NCBI GenBank assembly: GCA_045654585.1
Contig: JAZONS010000053.1
Coordinates: 19,950-83,949, forward strand
DNA length: 64,000 bases
Source of the DNA: Eubacteriales bacterium
GTDB taxonomy: Bacteria > Bacillota > Clostridia > Oscillospirales > CAG-272
Direction of reading: 5' to 3'
The translations under genes and the position numbers were made by a program. Shown here one piece after another: positions 46,801-54,678 of this stretch. The notes below the pieces were generated by a model. It saw only the letters and a list, made by a program, of their open reading frames with translations, was not told where the DNA came from and ran no database searches. Each line of letters opens with the position of its first letter. The stretch's first letter is position 1.

Positions 46801-46968
46801 CTTGCATTCTCCGGCAACCAAAAAATTGCCGCTATCGCAGAGCGCAATAAGGATGAGATCATGAGCGACACTCTGACGGTTGAGATCCTCTACGACACCG
46901 ATCTTACTCACTCTAAGGAGTGGAACATCAACGGCGAGAACGTTACGATCTCGGTAGAGAAGATTTAA
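43807..46968 (+). CDS. ileS: Isoleucine--tRNA ligase (type 2, ~1050 aa)
   Basis: HIGH motif (GKPHIGHVLTR), KMSKS (QKMSKSKGN), a CP1 editing-domain block, and 1053 aa. AAGGAG RBS. Confidence 0.97.
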   Translation: MKEVYEKVSASLGFVEREKATRKFWEENGVFEKSVEIREGAPNFTFYEGPPTANGKPHIGHVLTRVIKDAIPRYRTMKGVRVLRKAGWDTHGLPVELEVEKKLGIDGKDQIESYGLEPFIGHCKESVWNYKKMWEDFSGTVGYWVDNDHPYVTYTNDFIESEWWALKQIFDKGLLYKGFKIVPYCPRCGTPLSSHEVAQGYKAVKEKSAIARFKCADEDAYFLAWTTTPWTLPSNVALCVNPEDTYCKVKAADGYTYYMAKALLDKVLGPLAKEEGDIAYEILEEMKGIALERKHYLPLFDCTGEYVKGLGKDAHFVTCDSYVTMSDGTGIVHIAPAFGEDDSKVGKKYDLPFVQFVDGKGEMTSHTPYAGVFVKKADPMILDDLRASGKLFSAPKFEHDYPHCWRCNTPLIYYARDTWFIQMTAVKENLIRNNNTVNWIPESIGKGRYGDWLENIQDWGPSRNRYWGTPLNIWECSCGHRHSIGSIEELRKMSDNCPEDIELHRPFIDAVTLKCPKCSGEMKRVSEVIDCWFDSGSMPFAQWHYPFENKEMFDSQFPADFISEGVDQTRGWFYSLMAISTLIFDKAPYKNVLVLGHVLDKDGQKMSKSKGNAVDPFEALEAYGADAIRWYFYSNSAPWLPNRFFGEAVVEGQRKYMGTLWNTYAFYVLYANIDGFDPTKYKLNRNTLTVMDKWILSKLNTAVKLVDGYMENYKLVESTRVLENLVDELSNWYVRRCRERFWVKDMPEDKVNAYMTLYTCLVTIAKLSAPLIPFMTEDIYRNLVLSVDKSAPISVHLCDFPTCDESLIDRDLEENMDEVVDVVVLGRACRNAAAIKNRQPVAKMYVKADRTPDDSFISVISEELNVKSVEFTDNVKGFTTYSFKPQLRTVGPKYGKYLGAIKTALSNLDGNAAMDELEECGELKLDLGEVVAALTKDDLLIEMTKMEGFESLSDHGITVVIDKNLTPELIEEGNVREIISKIQTMRKDSGFEVMDNIRLAFSGNQKIAAIAERNKDEIMSDTLTVEILYDTDLTHSKEWNINGENVTISVEKI

Positions 46969-47016
46969 TTTAATAAAACGGATAATAAAGCCGTTTGATT
47001 AATATAGTTTAAAAGT

Positions 47017-47075
47017 AAAAAACACAAAGCCTTTGCAAATAATTGTTTGCAAAGGCTTTGCTTTTTGTGTTTTAT
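47017..47075. terminator. Bidirectional intrinsic terminator between convergent genes
   Basis: 15-bp perfect stem caaagcctttgcaaa / tttgcaaaggctttg flanked by an A-tract and a T-tract. Confidence 0.9.
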
Positions 47076-47119
47076 TATGATGTTTTTATATCACGGTATT
47101 TTGTTTTTATATCGCGCTA

Positions 47120-48841
47120 TTATTCCGATTCGGTTTCTTCATTTACCGAGATATAATTCTCGGCGATATCGTGGATTACCTTATACTGATCCTCGGTATA
47201 AACATTGTCAGCCTCGGTTTCAAGTACCGCATTGATGTATTCACCGACAGTAAAGGTCCAGGTGGTATCAACGTAAACGCCCTTCCCGTAATCGCAGGGA
47301 ATTCTTACGGAAATTTCATCGTTCGCGTTTTCGGGGTAGATAATACCGGTTACGGCGTAGCAATACTTAACACCGTCGATCTCTTCCTCGCTCCAATCCT
47401 TTTTACCGAAATTTTCACCCTGGATAAGCACGTTAACGTAGTCTATGTAACCGTTGTCGATAATCTCAGCGGGCGCGTAAAGCTTGAAGTAAAGCTCGTC
47501 ATTTTCATACACGGCACGCACCTTAAGACTGTAATCCGCAACAAGACCTACGGTGTAAACTATAACGCCGTTATCGTTTATCTCTTTTTTCCATCCGTAC
47601 TTATAAACACCCTCTTCGCCGCCTATGGGAAGCTCGAATGGACGAATCGGCTCCTCGCTCTTCATCCAAGTCTGGGATATCTTATTTGTTCCCATGACAA
47701 ACTGATATTTTACAGCATCTTCCGAAGGGACTAAGGTTGCGGGGGATTTAAGCTTCGGGACTTCCGCGGTCAAGGGATTGAAGTTTATCGAGTTATCAAA
47801 ATACTCAAACGCTGCAAGTCCCTGCGTAAGCTCGACATCGGAATACGTCGTAACGGAAACAAGACCCTCGTTGTTTCCAATAAGATCCATCATATAATCG
47901 CCCTCGGACTGCGCCGAAAAGACGTTTTTACCGAAGAGATTCAAAACGCCAACGCCCATACCCGCCGATGCACTGGCAACTCTGTATGACGTTATACAAT
48001 CGGTCATATTGATAGTTCCGAACGCATTGTTGAAAAGATTCAGCGCATCAGCCTTGTAATGCATAAAGACGCAACCCGTCATATTAAGAACGGTTTCGCT
48101 TCCCGCAGAGTTGATCGGCGCCTTCGTTTCCATACTGATAATATTGGCATTGTTGAAGTTCATTACAATCTTGCCGCCACGCGGAATTATGTATCCGCTA
48201 TAATCGGTATGAATACTGTAGTAGTTTCCGCCGTTCACGTTAAATCTGCAGTTTTCATCGCAATTCTTTATTCCGACGTTGTCAACAACGATATCTATAA
48301 GACACGCGGAGTAGGTACTGATATTAGAGCCGGGATACGTCACATCTCCCGATGTGAAATCACCCACGTTCATTACTGAATAATCACCTCTTACGTTGAA
48401 TACGTTTCCGCTCGTCGAGCTCTCAACAAGGTTAGCGCAGTAAAGAACAGCGCCCTTCACTGAAGAATAAACGTTAAGAGTAGTGTAATCACCCGTGCTT
48501 ATCAAAGCAGGTGTTATTTTAGTGCTCGTATATATCTTTTTACCGTTAAGGTCAATATTGATAGTTCTGGGCGCCTCCTCCGTGCTTTCAAAATAAAGCT
48601 GACGGGATGCCTCTATATTTCTGTTTATAATGACGGTATCGCCGTCCTCAAGGCTCGGTATTGCAGTTCTGAGTTCCTCGAACGTATAACCGGTTATTTC
48701 TTTAAGGTTACCGTCCTTATCGCGTACTGAAAACGCCGGCACTAACTCCTCTTCGCCCTCGGCATATCCCGCAACGGAAAAAGCGCAAAATGCTAAAGCC
48801 AATACGACAGAAAAAATCAATGCTTTTAATGTTTTCTTCAT
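47120..48841 (-). CDS. Secreted protein of unknown function (tandem paralog B)
   Basis: Signal peptide MKKTLKALIFSVVLALAFCAFSVAGYA. Central Asn/Gly/Ser/Thr-rich beta region. C-terminal ~170 aa are clearly similar to the upstream gene (GVYKYGWKKEINDNGVIVYT.. versus GLYKKGWLKSEINEDGVIYKS..). GGAGG RBS. Confidence 0.7.
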   Translation of the reverse strand: MKKTLKALIFSVVLALAFCAFSVAGYAEGEEELVPAFSVRDKDGNLKEITGYTFEELRTAIPSLEDGDTVIINRNIEASRQLYFESTEEAPRTINIDLNGKKIYTSTKITPALISTGDYTTLNVYSSVKGAVLYCANLVESSTSGNVFNVRGDYSVMNVGDFTSGDVTYPGSNISTYSACLIDIVVDNVGIKNCDENCRFNVNGGNYYSIHTDYSGYIIPRGGKIVMNFNNANIISMETKAPINSAGSETVLNMTGCVFMHYKADALNLFNNAFGTINMTDCITSYRVASASAGMGVGVLNLFGKNVFSAQSEGDYMMDLIGNNEGLVSVTTYSDVELTQGLAAFEYFDNSINFNPLTAEVPKLKSPATLVPSEDAVKYQFVMGTNKISQTWMKSEEPIRPFELPIGGEEGVYKYGWKKEINDNGVIVYTVGLVADYSLKVRAVYENDELYFKLYAPAEIIDNGYIDYVNVLIQGENFGKKDWSEEEIDGVKYCYAVTGIIYPENANDEISVRIPCDYGKGVYVDTTWTFTVGEYINAVLETEADNVYTEDQYKVIHDIAENYISVNEETESE

Positions 48842-48871
48842 TTAACTACCTCCGTTTGTTTATTATATCTA

Positions 48872-50557
48872 TCAGGCAATCTTACCTTCATATGACGGTA
48901 AATATCTGTTTCTTACTTCTTCAATAAGCTCCATCTGCTCATCGGTGTATTTATCTTCGTTTGCATAAACGGCATCAAGGTATTTAGAGAGGGTTATTCT
49001 CCACATACCCTCAGCAGCCACAGGCTTCTTACCGTCTATTATATCACAAGGAAGGTATATCTCAAGGTTTTCGTCGATATCATCCTCCTCGATATTCATA
49101 GTTATGTATTCGTAATACTTTTCACCGTCTATCTCGGCTTCGATCCAATCCTTTGCGGTGAAGCCCGATCCGCCGATCCTTCCTTCGGAATAGCTTATAA
49201 ATCCTTCGTCAATTATAAACGCGGGGATAAAGATATGATAACAAAAAGCACCGTCGGTATATTCGCCCTGTACCTTGAGGTTAAAGTCCACGATATACGT
49301 GGATTTATAAATTACTCCGTCTTCGTTGATCTCGGATTTCAGCCAACCTTTTTTGTAAAGTCCGTTACTGCCTATCGAAGATATCTCGAAGGGAGGCTCG
49401 GGCTCAATGCCTTTGACCCAGAATTCCTCTTTTTCAGTACCGTCGTACTTCCACGTGCATCTGTAAGCCTCATCATACTTAACGATCGCGTATGCATCCC
49501 CGAAATCACCGATGGTTTCCTGCAGCTTATTAAGATTACCGGTATTATCAAATCTCCAATAATCAACACCGCCCTGTACGAGCGCGTTTTCCACCTTGGT
49601 TCTTGCGGCAAGTATTCCCTCTCCGTCCGCAAGAAGCTCCGAATCAAAACCAAACCCGGCGCCAAAAATATTATCCCCTTCAAGCGTTACTATTCCCGCA
49701 TCACCACCGTTTTGCGCTGCGAGCGAATAGTTGGTCTTAACATTTTTGAGGTGAACATCTCCGCGAACCTGATTAAAAAGATACTGCGTTGTTCCGTCAA
49801 GTCTGATGATATGGCAATTCTCAATATAAAGAGTCGTACCCGGTTCAAGTGAGTATATAAGACTGCTGTTTCTGTCAACAAGAATATCGGCATTCTTTAT
49901 ACTGATAGTTCCGTCGCCGGTTCTCGGGCTGATATATCCCATCCAATCGGCAATATTGGCAAAATGCTGACCGCCGTCACAATTAAATCCGATAGTTCCC
50001 TTTTCTCTCATATCCACAAAGCATGAGGAGAAGGTCGAAATATTCGAGCCTGGGTAGGTTTCACCTTTAAGCTCTACTACTCCGCCAAAATTGATAAGGG
50101 CGTCAAGACCGATTACGGAGAAAAGATTTCCTCCCTGAGTAGAACCGGTATCAACGTCTATCATATAAAGAAACGCGCCCGGCTTTGACGACGTAACGTT
50201 TACAGTTCCGTAATCCTTCGCGCAGATCATTGAAGATACCGCGCTTTTCGAGGTTGATAAAATACCAAATCCCGCAAGGTCTATCGTTACTGTCTTCGGC
50301 GTATCCTCCGTACCGATAATATGGATAATCTCACTAATATCCATGTTCGCGCAGAGAGTTACGATAACATCGCTCGGCGCAGCTTCCAGCGTTCTTACAA
50401 AATTATCCGAAAATCCGTATTCGGTAACAGTACCGTCAGCATATTCAACGGTGAAAGCTACCTGCTCTGTATCGTCCGCAGTAGCGGTAATACCTGCAAA
50501 TATTACCATAATAACCGAAAGTAACAACATGTATAAACGTTTTGTACTTGTTTTCAT
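48872..50557 (-). CDS. Secreted protein of unknown function (tandem paralog A)
   Basis: Signal peptide MKTSTKRLYMLLLSVIMVIFAGITATA. Collinear similarity to 47120-48841 (..YPGSNISTFSSCFVD.. versus ..YPGSNISTYSACLID..). AAGGAAAG RBS. Confidence 0.7.
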   Translation of the reverse strand: MKTSTKRLYMLLLSVIMVIFAGITATADDTEQVAFTVEYADGTVTEYGFSDNFVRTLEAAPSDVIVTLCANMDISEIIHIIGTEDTPKTVTIDLAGFGILSTSKSAVSSMICAKDYGTVNVTSSKPGAFLYMIDVDTGSTQGGNLFSVIGLDALINFGGVVELKGETYPGSNISTFSSCFVDMREKGTIGFNCDGGQHFANIADWMGYISPRTGDGTISIKNADILVDRNSSLIYSLEPGTTLYIENCHIIRLDGTTQYLFNQVRGDVHLKNVKTNYSLAAQNGGDAGIVTLEGDNIFGAGFGFDSELLADGEGILAARTKVENALVQGGVDYWRFDNTGNLNKLQETIGDFGDAYAIVKYDEAYRCTWKYDGTEKEEFWVKGIEPEPPFEISSIGSNGLYKKGWLKSEINEDGVIYKSTYIVDFNLKVQGEYTDGAFCYHIFIPAFIIDEGFISYSEGRIGGSGFTAKDWIEAEIDGEKYYEYITMNIEEDDIDENLEIYLPCDIIDGKKPVAAEGMWRITLSKYLDAVYANEDKYTDEQMELIEEVRNRYLPSYEGKIA

Positions 50558-50598
50558 AATTCTTTCCTTTTAAATATTTTCATACTTTTACATAATAT

Positions 50599-50627
50599 AC
50601 TATACAACAAAAATATAAATTTGTCAA
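50599..50627 (-). promoter_or_regulatory. Sigma-A type promoter for the tandem secreted-protein genes
   Basis: The minus strand reads TTGACA, 17 nt, TATAGT, about 40 nt upstream of the ATG at 50557. Confidence 0.6.
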
Positions 50628-50724
50628 TCATTAGCTACTGTGACCGTATTTTTTCGTCATTTGAAACGAAGCGGTTTTTTTCACTTTGTGCATTTTAACA
50701 ACAACTCCCGATCTTTTTTTTAAA

Positions 50725-50770
50725 ATTCGAGAAAAAAGCCGGTCCCGATCCGAAGACCGAAACCGGCGAA
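50725..50770 (-). terminator. Intrinsic terminator after dpaB
   Basis: Minus strand gccggt..accggc (alternatively ggtc/gacc) hairpin followed by TTTTTTC. Confidence 0.65.
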
Positions 50771-50789
50771 GCAAAACGCCTGTGTTTTA

Positions 50790-51350
50790 TCAGCAAAAAA
50801 GCGGTCTTATCTGACGCTCCGACTGCATAGCGAGGAAGCTTTCCTCAAGTCTGGAAAAATCGGCAACGAGAGAATGAGGCTTTTTAGTGGGAGAATCCTG
50901 CGCGAGCGGCACAAAATATACCGACTTGCGCGTAAGCAGTTTCCCTATATTGCCGAGATTCTGCGACATTGCATCGTTTGATGCGAGGGCAATAAGGAGC
51001 GGTCTGTCGCACCGCAGGTGAGCCTTTGCCGCCATAGTCACGGCAGAGTCGGTAATACCGGATGCGAGCTTTGCCAAGGTATTTCCGGTACATGGAGCTA
51101 TAATAAGCGCACTCAAGGGAGATGTCGGGCCGAGAGGCTCCGCATCCTTGACCGTGTGAATTATTTGCCGCCCCGTAAGCTCTCTCACCTTGCTCCTGAG
51201 TTCCTCTTTGGCAAAGAACCTCGTATCGGTATCATAGACAATCTCACTCATTATCGGTTGTATCTCGCACCCGAGATACGCTAGCCGCTCAAGCTGACGG
51301 AGCGACTCCGAAAGAGTGCAGAAGGAGCCGCAAAAAGCATAACCTATCAT
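50790..51350 (-). CDS. dpaB: Dipicolinate synthase subunit B (flavoprotein, SpoVFB)
   Basis: N-terminus IGYAFCGSFCT, PCTGNTLAKLASGITDS, about 186 aa, immediately downstream of the dpaA-like gene. Confidence 0.85.
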   Translation of the reverse strand: MIGYAFCGSFCTLSESLRQLERLAYLGCEIQPIMSEIVYDTDTRFFAKEELRSKVRELTGRQIIHTVKDAEPLGPTSPLSALIIAPCTGNTLAKLASGITDSAVTMAAKAHLRCDRPLLIALASNDAMSQNLGNIGKLLTRKSVYFVPLAQDSPTKKPHSLVADFSRLEESFLAMQSERQIRPLFC

Positions 51351-51368
51351 AGTGTCTGTCCTCTCAAA

Positions 51369-52142
51369 TTAAGATTTTATATCCGTCTCTCCGAGCATTC
51401 TTAAAACCGATTTTCCGAGAGCTATACCGGCGCTTCTCGGATACATAAACGACGGAACTGCGGCAAAGCGCTCGACAGCTACCCCCTCCGGCAAGTTATC
51501 CCCCGAAGCAAGCTCTATAATTCTGACACGGGCAAGGCTATCTCGCATATTATCGGATATCAGCCTCGCGGGCGCAGTATTTATAAGTATATCGAGCTCG
51601 GAAAGCTTCGATGCCGCCTCGGGCGACTCAAAGGAAAGCGAGTCTACACCCGAAATACCGAGCATACAAAGCTCCTGCCTCAGCTCGCGCTTTGACGTAA
51701 ACACCGTAACTCGCCCCGAGAGAAACATCAGTATATGCAAAAGCCGCTGACCTATTCTTCCATACCCTATTATTCCGAACGAAAGATCACACGGGGCGCT
51801 CCTTTCCTCGGTGAGAATACGCCCAACAGTTCCAATTGCGGTCAGGCCGGCATTCTCGGCAAGGTACTCCTCATCCCTCGAAACGTCAATAATTGCCACC
51901 CCTCGCTCTGACAACAGCGCTCTATACTCCTTAGATATGCCATAGCCGACAACAACGTCATGGGATGCGAGCTTTTCCACCAAATCACAAAGAGCTTCCC
52001 TGCTTCCGTTTAAGGTCTTACCGTCCTTACTCGTCGGTATGGGAAGAAGCGCGATGCTTTTTGCCTCCCGTATTCTTCTACTTAAAATATATTCACGGCA
52101 GAACTCAAGTCTCGGATCAGCACCGTAAGTATGAATATTCAT
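51369..52142 (-). CDS. dpaA: Dipicolinate synthase subunit A (SpoVFA)
   Basis: NAD-binding IIGYGRIGQRL, size, and pairing with dpaB. Start is ATG 52142 or TTG 52148. Confidence 0.8.
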   Translation of the reverse strand: MNIHTYGADPRLEFCREYILSRRIREAKSIALLPIPTSKDGKTLNGSREALCDLVEKLASHDVVVGYGISKEYRALLSERGVAIIDVSRDEEYLAENAGLTAIGTVGRILTEERSAPCDLSFGIIGYGRIGQRLLHILMFLSGRVTVFTSKRELRQELCMLGISGVDSLSFESPEAASKLSELDILINTAPARLISDNMRDSLARVRIIELASGDNLPEGVAVERFAAVPSFMYPRSAGIALGKSVLRMLGETDIKS

Positions 52143-52344
52143 ACGCAATCAACCTTCTTTCGGTTTTCCCGAAGAGCATAGTGCGGTATAGCACCGACAC
52201 CGCTCTATGCAAAAAGCGAGGAACATTTCTCGCACGAAGCGTCACAGTCCTCGCTTATTCTCATTATACGTTTTTTCGAGAAAGCTGTTACGGCACTCAA
52301 GCATCACGTTTTGCCTTACAGCGTAAAGAAACGTCGGATCTCTT

Positions 52345-52551
52345 TCAGCGCTCCTCAGCGCAGTCGCACTCTTCTACGCACTCTTTTTCCTTTCTTTTGG
52401 ACTTTTTGAGAACATTTGTTAACATTTCCGCCTTTTCACAGCAAGTTTTCTTCATACAGGCAACAGCGCTGTATGCTCCGTATAACGCCATAGCTCCAAC
52501 TCCTATAGCGAGAAGCGGGCGCGTTTTCTTTTTTTCGTTTTTCATAAACAT
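52345..52551 (-). CDS. Small membrane-anchored Cys-rich protein (68 aa)
   Basis: GGAGG 8 nt upstream of the ATG at 52551 (MFMKNEKKK). One TM helix (PLLAIGVGAMALYGAYSAVA), then six Cys in CMKKTCCEKAE...ECVEECDC. Followed by a hairpin plus CTTTTTG before dpaA. Confidence 0.45.
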   Translation of the reverse strand: MFMKNEKKKTRPLLAIGVGAMALYGAYSAVACMKKTCCEKAEMLTNVLKKSKRKEKECVEECDCAEER

Positions 52552-52632
52552 ATTTTTTACCTCCATTTTTTCAACCGAAGACTTTTTTGCGGCTGTTTTT
52601 ATTTTTCCCATAAAAAAGCCGTTTATTTATTA

Positions 52633-52661
52633 TTGACAAAACTTTTAGCGTGTTGTAAAAT
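52633..52661 (+). promoter_or_regulatory. Sigma-A type promoter
   Basis: TTGACA, 17 nt, TAAAAT, preceded by TG. Confidence 0.65.
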
Positions 52662-52699
52662 ATATATAAGGATATTATTTTGTCAGAAAATGAAGGAGA

Positions 52700-54493
52700 G
52701 TGACCGAATTGATCAAATGCAAAAGATGCGAACATAAAAGCGATTACAACGGCAAGACTTGCGCCATTTGCGGCAGCCCCCTTGTTATCGACGATATAGA
52801 TATAGAAGAAACACGATCCGAGCTCGAGCGGGCGCTTAAAGAAAAGAACTCGTCAAAGATTCACGCCTGCCGCTACCTGCTCGCTGATGCCGGTGATACC
52901 GATTCCGAACGAGAATACGCAAAAATACTCGAAAAAGCGGATCCGCAGCTTAAAAATATTGACACGGCTATGGATTATTACTTCAGAGCCGCAAAGAAGA
53001 ACGATCCGTTCTCGGCATACAGATTTTCAAAGCTCGTCGGCAGAAGCAGTGAAAATAACGCAAGATTCTGGCTGAAGTTTGCCGCAGTTCTCGGATCTAT
53101 AAACTCCTACCCCGATGCATGCGAGCTTTTTTCGGCGGAAGGACGCGAGGATATAGCGTCATATTACTGCTCTCTTGCCGCGGCGTGCGACGATACTATT
53201 TCAATAGTCAACATGGCGAAGAGATGGTACGACGGAGTGGGTGTTCCCGTAAATCCCGCGCACGCGAAATGGTATCTTGACAAGCTTACAATACCGCCCA
53301 TTCACGCGATAAAGCTGGCGTACAGACTCAGATCCACCGTTGCAGAGGAGCCCAAGCGACTCATTTTCCCCGACTACGGTAAATATTTAAAGGCTCTCGC
53401 GGATGACGCAAAGCGACTCGGATTCTTCACGGCGTACTTCTTCCTCGTTTCGGGACTTTCGAAAAACGGCGATATAAACGCAGAAACCGCGCTCGGAATC
53501 CTTCTAACAGAGGGTAAGGGTTGCGAAAGGAACGTCGAGCGCGGAAAAGCTACGCTTGAGCTCAGCATGGCTCACGGCAATCCCGCGGCGGCAATCTACC
53601 TCGGAGAAGGTCATCTTTCGGGTGAATTCTTTGCAAAAGATCCCGCATACGCGATAAAATGCTTTGAAAAGGCTGCATCTCTCGGCTATCCCGATGCTTA
53701 CGAAAAGCTGGGCGATATATATAAAGAAGGAAAGCTCGTAGATCAAAGCATACCACGCGCACTTGAGTTTTATGACCTCGCCGCGGCAGGCGGATGCGAT
53801 TCGGCAAAGGAAAAATCCGACAGCATAAAAGAAAAAAGGCACGGATTCTATCTCGATGCCTATAAAATAATCAACAGCGGAAAGGCAGTCACGGAGGATG
53901 AGGCATTCTCCGCCTTTAAGGCATCGGCAATAGCTACCGCTATGGGCGACGTTCGCTCGATGACACTGCTCGCAAAGTGTTACTTCTACGGCTTCGGAAC
54001 AAAGAAGGAGAGAAGCATGGGCTTCTACTGGTTCCGCGAAGCAGTTGCGGCGGGTGACAGAGAGGCAAATATCCACCTGGCACTTTGCTATTCAAGAGGC
54101 CTTGGCGTTGCGTTTTCCTTCCGCGATGCGGTAAAATATCTTAAGATAGCAAAATCGCTCGGTCTTAACGGCGCCGCATCCGAGCTCGAGCTCCTCTATA
54201 AGAGAAAAATGAAGAAGACCGTACGCGCTCTCTACGCGCAGGCAATGGAGCTTCTTTATATGAAGAAGACAATAGACGCGGCAAGACTTCTCTCTTCCTT
54301 CGAATCGCTCGGCTACCCGAAGGCGTTATACACTCTCGGATGCCTTTACGAATTCGGAACGGGAGTAGCAAAGCCCGATCCCAAGCGCGCTCAAAGCTAT
54401 TACGAGAAGGCGTATATAGGTAATTCCACCTTCGGCAATTTCGGCGACCCCGATTCGGATTATAAGTTCAGGATAATGAAGCTTATACGATAA
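52700..54493 (+). CDS. Sel1-like repeat (SLR/TPR-class) protein with an N-terminal zinc ribbon
   Basis: CKRCEHKSDYNGKTCAICGSP (CxxC..CxxC), then many Sel1-type repeats (..A.YYF.AA..GD..A.Y.LA.CY..G.GV..). Start is GTG 52700 or, better spaced from AAGGAGA, TTG 52709. Confidence 0.8.
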   Translation: MTELIKCKRCEHKSDYNGKTCAICGSPLVIDDIDIEETRSELERALKEKNSSKIHACRYLLADAGDTDSEREYAKILEKADPQLKNIDTAMDYYFRAAKKNDPFSAYRFSKLVGRSSENNARFWLKFAAVLGSINSYPDACELFSAEGREDIASYYCSLAAACDDTISIVNMAKRWYDGVGVPVNPAHAKWYLDKLTIPPIHAIKLAYRLRSTVAEEPKRLIFPDYGKYLKALADDAKRLGFFTAYFFLVSGLSKNGDINAETALGILLTEGKGCERNVERGKATLELSMAHGNPAAAIYLGEGHLSGEFFAKDPAYAIKCFEKAASLGYPDAYEKLGDIYKEGKLVDQSIPRALEFYDLAAAGGCDSAKEKSDSIKEKRHGFYLDAYKIINSGKAVTEDEAFSAFKASAIATAMGDVRSMTLLAKCYFYGFGTKKERSMGFYWFREAVAAGDREANIHLALCYSRGLGVAFSFRDAVKYLKIAKSLGLNGAASELELLYKRKMKKTVRALYAQAMELLYMKKTIDAARLLSSFESLGYPKALYTLGCLYEFGTGVAKPDPKRAQSYYEKAYIGNSTFGNFGDPDSDYKFRIMKLIR

Positions 54494-54567
54494 TAATCAG
54501 ATTTTCAAAAAACGGGCGACGGATTTATACGCAAATCAAAAAACGATACGTTTTGGTAAAGCTTAAC

Positions 54568-54627
54568 GTAAAACGGCAGAAGCATTGTCATAAACAGTGC
54601 CTCTGCCGTTCTCTTTTGTTTTTTTAA
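54568..54627. terminator. Bidirectional intrinsic terminator between convergent genes
   Basis: aaacggcagaagca / tgcctctgccgtt stem followed by CTCTTTTGTTTTTTT. Confidence 0.8.
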
Positions 54628-54678
54628 AAAAATATATTGTAAAAGACGTTTTTCGAAGATTCGTTCTTCGTATCAGCT

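Noticed and set aside
51965-52636. 223-aa plus-strand ORF spanning the dpaA 5' end, the intergenic spacer and the small Cys-rich ORF
   Set aside because: It crosses an intergenic region and two better-supported minus-strand genes. It has no RBS and a low-complexity translation.
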